Part shown: positions 18,154 through 27,203 of the stretch, in pieces
How positions within the stretch are numbered: position 1 is the first letter of the stretch
Layout of the letters: the number at the start of each line of letters is the position of its first letter
Source of the DNA: Acidobacteriota bacterium
Lineage (GTDB): Bacteria > Acidobacteriota > UBA890 > WLXD01
Assembly (NCBI GenBank): GCA_965248695.1
Contig: CBDFKD010000002.1
Location: 2,080,001 to 2,144,000, forward strand
DNA: 64,000 bases
Direction of reading: 5' to 3'
The notes under the pieces: generated by a model
Databases searched by the model: none
What the model was told of the DNA's origin: nothing
Seen by the model: the letters and a program-made list of their open reading frames with translations, nothing else
Position numbers and translations under genes: made by a program

Positions 18154-18419
18154 TCCGCCACTTCCTTCAGGATCGACAGGTCGAGTTCCTTTTCCGCCAC
18201 CAGCCTCTTGAGCCGGGCATTCTCCTTCTCCAGTTGCTTGAGCTTTCTGGCCTGGTTGAGCTTCAGTCCGCCGTACTCTCGCCGCCACCGGTAGTAGGTG
18301 TGCTCGGTGATTGCTAGCTTGCGGCAGGCATCCTTGACCGTCGCCCCTCGAGCCAGCTCCACCTCAGCCTCCCGGAGCTTGCGTACGATCTGCTCGGCGC
18401 TGTGCCTCTTACTCGGCAT
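18141..18419 (-). CDS. IS3 transposase OrfA (HTH)
   Basis: HSAEQIVRKLREAE, TYYRWRREYGG, LEKENARLKRLVA. Confidence 0.92.
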   Translation of the reverse strand: MPSKRHSAEQIVRKLREAEVELARGATVKDACRKLAITEHTYYRWRREYGGLKLNQARKLKQLEKENARLKRLVAEKELDLSILKEVAEGNF

Positions 18420-18486
18420 TCTGACCTCCCGTTCTTGACCCAGATCGTGAGATTACATCCGGATCCGTTTTCGGGGGTCAGGTCAC

Positions 18487-19644
18487 TACGACCCGGTGAC
18501 CGGCAGTGGCCCTGGCAATCCGCGTCAGCAGCTCAACCTCATCACCGCGTATGTCGACGCCTCCAACGTCTATGGCTCCGACCCGGAACGGGCGCGCGCT
18601 GTGCGCACCAACGACGGCACCGGCGAGCTACTGATGAGCGACGGCAGGATGCTGCCGTTCAACGAGGCCGGACTCGACAACGCCGGCGGCACCCAACGAC
18701 GCTTCCGACTGGCCGGCGACGTTCGAGCCAACGAGAACGTCGCGCTCCTCTCGATGCACACACTCTGGGTGCGCGAGCACAACCGTCTGGCGCGGCTCAT
18801 TCGTGAGGCTTCCCCGACCCTGAAAGGCAACCGGATCTACGAGCGCGCCCGCGCCCGGGTGATCGCCCATGTACAGGCGATTACCTACAACGAGTTCCTG
18901 CCGCGGCTGCTCGGCAAGAGCGCGCTCGGTCGGTATCGGGGATGGGACCGCCGTATCGACGCCGGCATCTGCACCGAGTTCTCCACTGCCGCCTACCGGT
19001 TCGGCCACAGCATGGTGTCCCCGCGCCTGTTGCGTCTGCGACGCGACGGCAAGCCGATTTCGCGTGGCCACCTGAAACTGCGCGACGGCTTCTTCGCTCC
19101 ACACGAGCTCACCCCCGAGATCGGTATCGAGCCCTACCTGCGTGGCCTGGTGGCCCAACGAGCCTTCAAGATCGACACGATGATGGTGGACGAGATGCGG
19201 AACTTCCTCTTCGGCCGACCCGAGGCCGGCGGTTTCGATCTCGCGGCGCTCAACGTCCAGCGGGGCCGCGATCACGGGCTGGCGGATTACAACAGCGTCC
19301 GCGAAGGCTACGGGATGCCCCGGCTGACTCGATTCAACGAGATCGCGCAGGACTCCCGTACTGCCACCGAGCTACGACAGCTCTACGGCGACATCGACGA
19401 CATCGACCTGTGGGTGGGCGCAATGGCCGAGCAGCACGCGCCCGGCGCCATGGTCGGTCCGACAAATCGCGCCATCCTCGTGGAACAGTTCCGCAGATTG
19501 CGCGACGGCGACCGGTTCTTCTACGCGCGGTCCTTTGATGGTGCCGAGTTGGCGGAGATCGAGTCCACCACGCTTGCCGACGTGATCCGCCACAACACCC
19601 GGATCGAGAGCGAGATCCGCAACGACATCTTCACCGCCCGCTGA
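18487..19644 (+). pseudogene. Animal-type heme peroxidase (peroxidase-cyclooxygenase superfamily), 5'-truncated at the IS end
   Basis: YDPVTG..PRQQLNLITAYVDASNVYGS, GDVRANEN, REHN, proximal YRFGHS, NVQRGRDHG, LRDGDRFFY; the N-terminal distal-His (QFxDHD) region is absent; frame begins at the IS boundary. Confidence 0.85.
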
Positions 19645-19645
19645 G

Positions 19646-22366
19646 CTACTCGCGCCACAGTGCCGCACTGGGTTCTAGTCGCACCGCTCGGCTAGTGGGC
19701 AGATAAATCGCGAGCAGCACGATCACGCCGATCAGCGCCGGCACGAGGACGGCGCTGACGACGTAGATCACCGTGTCGAGCGCGAGGAATTGTTCCAGCA
19801 CGGCGCTCGCTAAACCGCCGGCAATCGCCGCGAGACCTAGCCCGACCACGAGCTGGCGTCCGCCGTGTCGCAGGAAGAGCCGGATGATGCGCTGATCGCT
19901 TGCACCCACTGCCCGACGCACGCCGATCTCATGGGTACGCTGGCTCACTGAGCACGCCGTGATGCCATAGATGCCACTGATCGCCAGAACGAGCGCGAAC
20001 CCGAAGCAACCCAACAGGACCCTTGCTGCTGCAAGGGCCATCGAAGACGTCGTGCTGAGCATCTCGTCGAGGTTGATGATGCCGCCGGGGAGGATCTCCG
20101 GATCGAGCTTTCCGAGCTCAGCGTGGAATGCCAGCACCGCCGGGCGGGGATCGCCGCGGTACTTGACCGTTGCTGCGACCGCTGCCGGGGTCCGCTGGGC
20201 AATCGGAACGTAGACGCTCATCGAGCTCTGATCGCGAGTAAGCGGGTTCCCCTCCACGACGTCGGTAACCACTCCCACAACGGTGAGCCAGTAGCGCTCG
20301 CTTTCCAGGTCCCCCAGGCTCAGCCGCTTGCCGAGTGGGGACCCCTCGGGCGCCATGTCGCGAGCCAGCGACTCGCTGATCATGGCCACCGGAGCGCCTG
20401 CTGCGTCGCGCTCGTCGAACCGCCTGCCGGACAGGAGCCGGATCCCGATGGCATGCATCGGACCACCCACGGCGGTGAGATACGCAGTGGGCTGCTGGGC
20501 GAGCGTCTCGTATGACGCTCCCTCCACCACCAGGCGGCTGGCCGAATCGCTGCCGAGCCCGAACCGTGAGCGCAAGACAACCTTGTCGATTGACCCGTGC
20601 GCCTCGAGACCCTGCCTCAGTCGGTCGTAAAAACGTAGTCGCTGCTCGGCAGTCTCGTAGCGCTCCTCGGGGAGCGTGACGATACCCACTACAACACGTT
20701 CCGTGTCCATCCCGAAGTCGATGTTCGCGGCTCGATAGGCGACGAACGCAGAGAGGCCGCCGAGGAACATCAGGATCGAGATCAGGGCGACCTGCGAAAC
20801 GACCAGGACGCGAGAGAAGCGTCCGGTCTCTAAGCCCTGAGCGCCGTTCGTGCCGTCGCGGAGCACGGCGTTGCTGTCCGAGCGCGTGCCGCGCCAGGCG
20901 GGTACCCCGCCGACCAGAACCAGGGTACCGGCGGTGATCAGGGCGGCGGCGACCATCGTCTCGGCGTCCATGCCCCAGACCCACCAGAATGCCAGCCCCT
21001 CGGGCATGGCGACATGAGCACGTCGATTGAACTCCGCCAGTGCCACAGCAGCGAGGGCGATCGCGAGACCGCCGCTCATGACGCAGATGAGCATGCTCTC
21101 CCCCATCATCTGGACGATGAGGCGCAGCCTGGGCGCCCCGAGAGCAACGCGGATCGTAGTTTCGCGTACGCGCTCGCTGGCGCGCGCAAGGAGTAAGTTG
21201 CACGTGTTGATGCAGGCCAACAGAAGAATGAATGCCGCCACCAGATGCAAGGCGCCGAAGACCGGCATGGCCTCGTCGCCCATCTGCGCGATCTGGAAGG
21301 TGCGCACTACCGCGGTGTCAGCGATGGTGCCGGCTTCTACGGCCTCAGGCTCATCCTGCCGCAGGCGCTGCATCACCGCATGCAGCTCGGCATTGGCTTG
21401 ATCCTCGTTCACACCGGGACCCAGCTTGGCGTACAGGTTGGGGAATTGGATGCCACGCTCGATTGTCTCGATCTCGTGCTCTGGTTGTGGCAACCACATT
21501 TCCGCGAACACCGGAAAACCGTACCCTTGCGGCATCACGCCGATGAGGCGCGTCGACTTGCCGTTGATCGACACCAGCCCATCAACCATCTCGGGATCGG
21601 CACCAAACGACGCCTGCCAGACTCTGTGGCTGATTACGACAACCGGCTCTGCACCAGGGAGTGCGTCGCCGGGGCGCAAGCCACGGCCAAGCAGCGGCAG
21701 GGCACCGGAGAACTCGAACACGCTGGTGTGGATATAAGTCCCGTACATCGACCGATCGGTGCTAGAGCCGCGCAACACCACGGGAAGTGTTCGGTAGGAC
21801 CCGAACTCACGCAGCCCGTCGACGCTCCTGCCCAGCACGGCAGCGTCGACCGAGTCGAGCAATTGGGTCCGCCCGTCGATAATCGCCATCACCCGCACGA
21901 TCGAGCCGCCATCTGGCAGCGGCAGCTCCTTGAACATCACGGTGTTGAGGAACGAGAAGGTGAATACCGAGACACCGAGCCCACCGGCCATGACGAGCAC
22001 TGTCAGGGCGGTGAAGCCGGGGCTCCGGAGCAGAAGGCGAAGGGAATAGCGCAGATCCGCCAGGCCAGCGGCCAGGCCGCGACCCAGCGAGGGCACGCCG
22101 CCGAACGACCGGCGTCGGTGGCGCGCGTGGGCCCCGAGCGAGGTCTCTCGATGCAGCTCTCGCAGCGCCGCCAACCGCCACGGCACGAGTGCCAGCACGA
22201 GTTGACGTCGATACCACTGGCGGGCACCGGTGGCCAGAGGACCGCGACGGCGACGTTCATACGCCTCGTCGAGATCACCGATGATCAGGTCGGCGCTTGC
22301 GGCCGGCGCCAGCAGAAAGAGTAGCCGCACCAGAAGCGATTCGACGGCGCCACGATCGTCGTTCAC
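19646..22366 (-). CDS. ADOP-type duplicated ABC permease (MacB/FtsX) with N-terminal prefix domain
   Basis: IIGDLDE..WYRRQ prefix, DLRYSLRLL..PGF, LLLACIN, IRVALGA, EIGVRRAVGA, C-terminal ALWRE; GTGA overlap with PadR. Confidence 0.9.
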   Translation of the reverse strand: MNDDRGAVESLLVRLLFLLAPAASADLIIGDLDEAYERRRRGPLATGARQWYRRQLVLALVPWRLAALRELHRETSLGAHARHRRRSFGGVPSLGRGLAAGLADLRYSLRLLLRSPGFTALTVLVMAGGLGVSVFTFSFLNTVMFKELPLPDGGSIVRVMAIIDGRTQLLDSVDAAVLGRSVDGLREFGSYRTLPVVLRGSSTDRSMYGTYIHTSVFEFSGALPLLGRGLRPGDALPGAEPVVVISHRVWQASFGADPEMVDGLVSINGKSTRLIGVMPQGYGFPVFAEMWLPQPEHEIETIERGIQFPNLYAKLGPGVNEDQANAELHAVMQRLRQDEPEAVEAGTIADTAVVRTFQIAQMGDEAMPVFGALHLVAAFILLLACINTCNLLLARASERVRETTIRVALGAPRLRLIVQMMGESMLICVMSGGLAIALAAVALAEFNRRAHVAMPEGLAFWWVWGMDAETMVAAALITAGTLVLVGGVPAWRGTRSDSNAVLRDGTNGAQGLETGRFSRVLVVSQVALISILMFLGGLSAFVAYRAANIDFGMDTERVVVGIVTLPEERYETAEQRLRFYDRLRQGLEAHGSIDKVVLRSRFGLGSDSASRLVVEGASYETLAQQPTAYLTAVGGPMHAIGIRLLSGRRFDERDAAGAPVAMISESLARDMAPEGSPLGKRLSLGDLESERYWLTVVGVVTDVVEGNPLTRDQSSMSVYVPIAQRTPAAVAATVKYRGDPRPAVLAFHAELGKLDPEILPGGIINLDEMLSTTSSMALAAARVLLGCFGFALVLAISGIYGITACSVSQRTHEIGVRRAVGASDQRIIRLFLRHGGRQLVVGLGLAAIAGGLASAVLEQFLALDTVIYVVSAVLVPALIGVIVLLAIYLPTSRAVRLEPSAALWRE

Positions 22367-22692
22367 CGGGAGTTGTCTCGCACTTCAACACCATCCCAAA
22401 GAACATCGAGCGTCGCTCGGCTGTGGCGCAGCGCTCTCCACCCCCGCTGAGTCAACGTGAAGAACCGGCGCGGCCGCCCGCGCGCCTGATCACGCCGCTC
22501 GTGAGTCGAACGCACCAGGCCCTTGCGATCGAGCCGGCTGAGCGTCACGTATACCGAGGCGATCGATACGTCGCGGCCGGTGGTTGTGAGGATCTCCTCG
22601 TGCACCGGCACCCCGTAGGCGCCCTCGCCGACCCGAGCAAGCGCCAGCATCACGATCTGCTCGAACTCGCCCAGATAGTTCCCTTTGGCCAC
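22363..22692 (-). CDS. PadR-family transcriptional regulator
   Basis: LGEFEQIVMLAL, AYGV, SVYVTLSRLDRKG, RPRRFFTLTQRG; GTG start 22692 after GGGAG. Confidence 0.92.
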   Translation of the reverse strand: MAKGNYLGEFEQIVMLALARVGEGAYGVPVHEEILTTTGRDVSIASVYVTLSRLDRKGLVRSTHERRDQARGRPRRFFTLTQRGWRALRHSRATLDVLWDGVEVRDNSR

Positions 22693-22731
22693 CGTGCTCT
22701 CCCGATGTCCGCCGCCACCCTGTATCCCGAT

Positions 22732-22780
22732 CTCGACATTGTTAGGTTCGACTATGTCCCGCGTTCTAAACAAAGTCAAC
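22732..22780. promoter_or_regulatory. Putative PadR operator (three imperfect GAC-N3-GTC-like palindromes)
   Basis: CTCGACATTGTTAGG, TTCGACTATGTCCCG and CTAAACAAAGTCAAC in an AT-richer patch 40-90 bp upstream of padR. Confidence 0.45.
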
Positions 22781-22828
22781 ATCATGGCGCAGGAGACACC
22801 GTGCCCGGTCCTCACTCGACCTGGGTCG

Positions 22829-23614
22829 TCAGGACGACTCGCTCAGCCAGCGCATCACGTTGAGCAGAAAGCGCGCGTTGTGTGGCGCCTCCGGATGGTT
22901 CATGCCCATCGGAGTGCGCTCTTCGCCCTGTACCTGGGCCGAGAACATCGCCGCTTCACCGAACACGGCAACGCGACCGAGGCCGTGGCGGACCAGCGCT
23001 CCCTGGCTCATCCCCTCGGCGGAGATTCGCGGCGTCGCATCGGAGAACTCCCAGGCCTCGCTGGGCAGCAACACATAGGCTCCGGCGGAGAGCCGCATGA
23101 GTGGATCCGCGTCCACCGCTGCCGCGAAGCGGAAAGCCTGACCGGTGAACGTGGTGACGCGCGCTATCGCTTCGCCGGTAGCCGATCGCGTGACGGCGTG
23201 GTCGGCCAGCGTGCCATCATCACGCTGGAAGGTCATGCGTCCGCTGCCGTCCGCGTCGTTGGCGGCCGACAGCGCGTTCGAGATCACCAGGACGTCGACT
23301 CCCTCCAGCGCCCGGCCCGAGAACGCTTGTTCGAAGCCACCGACGCGATAGCCGTCGTGGCGCAGCAAGGCCGCAAACGCCGCGTATCGGCCGTCAGCGG
23401 TGTGGTAGTTGCGCTGCGCCGCGTCGACAGCCACATACGGCCCTTCGCCGGGGGCGGTCCTCGCCCGACCCGTGTCGGGTAGCACGAACAGCGCGTCGGC
23501 GCGCTGGCCGCTCTCGCTGGAGGTATGGGGCGCTACTACCGTCGCGGCACAGCCGGTGGACAGCGCGGTGAGCACGATCACAACCGCGACGGTCGAGTGA
23601 GTCGAGGTACGCAT
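22829..23614 (-). CDS. DUF4350-like lipoprotein (class I GATase-like fold), possibly internally deleted
   Basis: Lipobox-like STGC; VDAAQRNYHTADGRYAAFAALLRHDGY; TFTGQAF; GRVAVFGEAAMFSAQ; NARFLLNVMRWL. Confidence 0.7.
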   Translation of the reverse strand: MRTSTHSTVAVVIVLTALSTGCAATVVAPHTSSESGQRADALFVLPDTGRARTAPGEGPYVAVDAAQRNYHTADGRYAAFAALLRHDGYRVGGFEQAFSGRALEGVDVLVISNALSAANDADGSGRMTFQRDDGTLADHAVTRSATGEAIARVTTFTGQAFRFAAAVDADPLMRLSAGAYVLLPSEAWEFSDATPRISAEGMSQGALVRHGLGRVAVFGEAAMFSAQVQGEERTPMGMNHPEAPHNARFLLNVMRWLSESS

Positions 23615-23723
23615 GGGCTGGCACGTTCCGTCGTCCCGGCCGTCTAGTCAACTAGTAGTGCACGCTACGGCGGCCGAACTGCGTGGGGTGCGGCGAGTCC
23701 GGTCGCGCGGCCGGCTCCGACGC

Positions 23724-24803
23724 CTACTGCGGTCGCGCCAGCGCCAGGTCGATCTCGGTAGCCGTCCGCACGCTGAAGAAACGATAGTCGCTGTACTGGT
23801 GTTGAACCCGGAACAGCCGTTGGCGGGCAATGCCGTGCCGGAGGATCTCCGCCACCGCGTCGCGATAGCTCTCGTCATTCATCTCTTCAAGGCGGACCGC
23901 CGTGCCGATAAGCGTTGCCCGGCTGGGGAACCGCATGCCGTTGGTATCCTGCCCGAAATCGACCTGCGCCCAGGCGAACAGCTGTCCGTCTTCCGGCCGC
24001 CCCTCGGATGGCGGCGGCTCGCCGAGCACCCCGATCTCGGCAGCGCGCACCGAGCGCGTAGCTGCATCCTCGTCGGTACCGGTTGCTATGGGAGACCCCG
24101 ATTGAACCATCGTCAGTGCCTCTTGCGACTGCACCGCTTCCACACGCAACAGCTGATATCGATCGGCATCGATCCAGGCGCGGCCGAACCAGTCGTTGAG
24201 GCCGGGGCGGTAGGGCGGACGAGGATCGAACCGCACCACGAGGGCCGCCTGTCCGTCGATCTTGTCTCTCCCTTCCAGGGCAAAGTCGAAGTGCTCGCGC
24301 AGGCCTGGTTGGAACACGAAAACCCATGAGTAAGCGCGTTCCAGGTATGCCGGCAAACCGACGTCGCCGAGCTCGACGCGTTGCGCCGAGCCGTCCTCTT
24401 GCGGACCACGCACCGTCCGGTAGTCCTGCAAGTGCCCGACCGCGCCACCCGGCGGATCCACCTTCTCGCCTGCTGCGACCGTCGCATCGTCGGTGGGCGC
24501 AGGATCGGGGGCAGTCGCGACCTCGAAGACGTAGAAGTAATCGAAGCGATGTGTCGTCCGTCGGGCAACGCGATCCTGAATCCCGTAGCGAGTATCGGTG
24601 ATGCGCTCCAGACACGTGAAGCTCAGCGCATAGTCGCGGTACAGCCCGGCAACCCGACCCATGACGTCGAGCAACACCTCGAGATCCGGTGCCGCCGCCG
24701 ACTGAGACTCCGAGATCAGCGGCTTCGAACGCACCCCAGACGGCACCACCGCCAGCACCACCGCCAGCAAGAGTCCGGCCGCGCGGCTCCGTCGCTTCAG
24801 CAT
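23724..24803 (-). CDS. Hypothetical exported protein
   Basis: Signal-like N-terminus, FTCLE, GRAWID..RYQLLRVE, YSDYRFF (beta-rich, LolA-like family appearance); typical codon usage. Confidence 0.65.
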   Translation of the reverse strand: MLKRRSRAAGLLLAVVLAVVPSGVRSKPLISESQSAAAPDLEVLLDVMGRVAGLYRDYALSFTCLERITDTRYGIQDRVARRTTHRFDYFYVFEVATAPDPAPTDDATVAAGEKVDPPGGAVGHLQDYRTVRGPQEDGSAQRVELGDVGLPAYLERAYSWVFVFQPGLREHFDFALEGRDKIDGQAALVVRFDPRPPYRPGLNDWFGRAWIDADRYQLLRVEAVQSQEALTMVQSGSPIATGTDEDAATRSVRAAEIGVLGEPPPSEGRPEDGQLFAWAQVDFGQDTNGMRFPSRATLIGTAVRLEEMNDESYRDAVAEILRHGIARQRLFRVQHQYSDYRFFSVRTATEIDLALARPQ

Positions 24804-24987
24804 CACACCTCGGGCAATGGGGACGCGGACAGTCTAGCTCCTGGCGAGGCTGTGACGCATGGAGGCCATGTTCGGCCAGCGCCATGAATAACCGGCTTGG
24901 GCCCCATGGTTTCGATGGGCTACGGTTACGGGGCCACCGGCATCGCGAAGAGCCCTTCGCATCCGCCGGCGCTTCCGGTTGGAGACC

Positions 24988-25317
24988 ATGAAGAGAATCC
25001 TCGCCGTTCTTGTCTTTCTGGCGGTATTCCCGAGCGCTGCCTACGGCGGATACCTCTGGGGCTGGTACCGAGGCTTCGAGTACCACTCGGTTGTTTCGGG
25101 GATGAGCGAGGCAAAGGTCTCACTGAACGCTGCCCGATCCATTCGTCAGGCGGATCCACAGCTCGCGCTCGAGCTACTGGACGCGAACATCTCGTGGATG
25201 ACCGCTTCGCTGAACGACACCTCGCTCGACGTGCCGGAGGCGGAGCGCCTCAACTACGAGCTGGTGCTGGAGCGGCTGCGTCACTACCACGCCGAGTTCG
25301 GCCGCACCGGACAGTAG
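24988..25317 (+). CDS. Small hypothetical exported/membrane protein
   Basis: GGAG RBS; MKRILAVLVFLAVFPSAAYG signal-like N-terminus. Confidence 0.6.
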   Translation: MKRILAVLVFLAVFPSAAYGGYLWGWYRGFEYHSVVSGMSEAKVSLNAARSIRQADPQLALELLDANISWMTASLNDTSLDVPEAERLNYELVLERLRHYHAEFGRTGQ

Positions 25318-25322
25318 GGTCC

Positions 25323-25339
25323 TCGCGCCATTGGCGCGA
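25323..25339. terminator. GC-rich hairpin between convergent genes
   Basis: TCGCGCC-ATT-GGCGCGA just after the stop at 25317; no U-tract. Confidence 0.3.
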
Positions 25340-25424
25340 CATACAGCGGGCTACGGATTCCGAGCCCTTGTCGGCCGACGTCCCCCCTAGCGCATGCCGG
25401 TAAGTTTCTCAGCCGTCAACGACG

Positions 25425-27146
25425 TCAACCCAGCGTGTGCCGCTTCAGTGCTCTTCCGATCATGCGGAGCTTCTGCTTCGTGGTGAGACGCGCCAGGTTG
25501 GTCTTCACCACACCGCCCGTAAAGACGCTCTTGCGCCCATAGTCGATGTTGACGTCGACGATGACCGGGCGACCGCCAGAGGCGATCTCGAGGGCCTCGG
25601 CAATGGCGGTCTCCACGTCAGCGTCGGTAGCGAGTCGCACGAACGCCGCCCCGGTCGCGGTCGCCACTCCCTCGACGTGGAGATCACCGAGCAGCGTGCA
25701 CGTCTTGCGATTGAGTGGCAGTTGCTGCAGCTGCGAGATCTGCGCCAGCTCGCCGTCGTGGAATACGAAGAACACCGCCCCGAGGCGAAGTGTTGCCGCG
25801 GTCAGGATCTCCAGGCCGGTCATCAGGAACCCCCCGTCCCCCACCACCCCCACCACCTGGGCGTCGGGATTGGCGAGCTTCACACCGATCGTCGCCGGAA
25901 CGCAGTACCCCATGCAGTTGAAGTCCGTCGGCGAAATGAACCGGCGGGCGGCGTAGACCGGGAACTGCTCCGCTGCCAGGAACGTGTGGTTCCCGTCGTC
26001 GACCACCAGGAAGGCGTCGCGGAGCGCACGGAAGAAAATCCCCGGACTGACGCGTTCGTCGCTGGGCTCGCCGGTCCAGGTAGTGGCGAACGCCTCCTTC
26101 TCGGACCGAATCAGCCGCCGCAGCTCGCGGCTGTCTGGCCCCTCCGACAGGCTTCCTGCAGACGCTTCCAATAGGGCGTCGAGCGCCATCGTCGCATCGG
26201 CTTCGATGGCAACGGCGGCCTCGTAGTTGCGGTTGAACACTCGCGGATTGATATCGATGTGGATCAGATTATCGGGCACAGCCATGCCGTAGCTACCGGT
26301 GGCAAGCTCGGCGAACCGGACACCCACCGCGAGCAAACAATCGCACCCTTTGAAGGCTGCCTGCGCCGCGGGTACCGCCGAGTTGCCGTAGCCCATGCCG
26401 ACGTGCAGCGGGTGGTCGGCCCGGAACGCGCTCAGCCCCTGGAGCGTAGTGGCCACCGGGGCCCCGAACCGCTCCGCCACCGCCTCCAGTTGCAAGGTTG
26501 CGCCGCGTGCTCCCCAACCGACGTAGATTCCCGGCCTGTGCGCCTGCGCCAGTAGTTCGGCCGCTCGCGCCAACGCGGCCGGATCGGGCGCCGGCGGCTG
26601 CCATGTCGGCGTGTAGCTCGGTGTCTCCGCGACGGCTGCCGCAAACATCAAGATGTCGGTGGGAATCTCCACCAGCACCGGCCCCGGCTCGCCCGACGTG
26701 GCGATCTCGTAGGCTTCGAAGAGCGTCGACATGACCGCTTCGTGGCTGTCGACCAGAAAGGCCGCCTTGGTGATGCCATTGGCGACGCGCTGCTGGTCGA
26801 GCTCGTGCAACTGGTACGCCCGCCCGGTATCACGCCGGATACCGCCCGATAGCACCAACATCGGAATGCCGTCGAGATACGCCTCGCCGATGCCGCTCAT
26901 GGCATGGGTGAGGCCGGCAGCCGGAACGATCGCCAGACAGCCGACAGCGTCGGAGGTGCGGCTGACCGCATCGGCCATGAAAGCGCCACCGCCCTCGTGG
27001 GTCACCAGCACCGGAGTGATCTGCTCCGACTTGGCCAGCTCATCGTAGAGCTCGGTGTTGTGCACGCCGGGGATCCCGAAGGTGTGGCGGATGCCCAGCT
27101 GCTCGAGGGCGCGCACCGCCAACCAGGAACCGCTCCTCGGTCTCAT
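25425..27146 (-). CDS. Thiamine pyrophosphate-dependent enzyme (acetolactate synthase large subunit-like)
   Basis: FGIPGVH, THEGGGAFMAD, GPVLVEIP, MGY, GDGGFLM TPP motif. Confidence 0.9.
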   Translation of the reverse strand: MRPRSGSWLAVRALEQLGIRHTFGIPGVHNTELYDELAKSEQITPVLVTHEGGGAFMADAVSRTSDAVGCLAIVPAAGLTHAMSGIGEAYLDGIPMLVLSGGIRRDTGRAYQLHELDQQRVANGITKAAFLVDSHEAVMSTLFEAYEIATSGEPGPVLVEIPTDILMFAAAVAETPSYTPTWQPPAPDPAALARAAELLAQAHRPGIYVGWGARGATLQLEAVAERFGAPVATTLQGLSAFRADHPLHVGMGYGNSAVPAAQAAFKGCDCLLAVGVRFAELATGSYGMAVPDNLIHIDINPRVFNRNYEAAVAIEADATMALDALLEASAGSLSEGPDSRELRRLIRSEKEAFATTWTGEPSDERVSPGIFFRALRDAFLVVDDGNHTFLAAEQFPVYAARRFISPTDFNCMGYCVPATIGVKLANPDAQVVGVVGDGGFLMTGLEILTAATLRLGAVFFVFHDGELAQISQLQQLPLNRKTCTLLGDLHVEGVATATGAAFVRLATDADVETAIAEALEIASGGRPVIVDVNIDYGRKSVFTGGVVKTNLARLTTKQKLRMIGRALKRHTLG

Positions 27147-27203
27147 CGATCCACCAGACATGGAGCACGGTGGCTCCGGGTCGCGAGTCGATCGCGGCAC
27201 ACG

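Larger units (their letters stand above)
17226..18485 (-). mobile_element. IS3-family insertion sequence (IS407-group-like), 1260 bp
   Basis: Terminal inverted repeats TGACCTGACCCC (17226-17237) and GGGGTCAGGTCA (18474-18485); orfA/orfB inside; no flanking direct repeat (GGCG vs CTAC). Confidence 0.93.
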
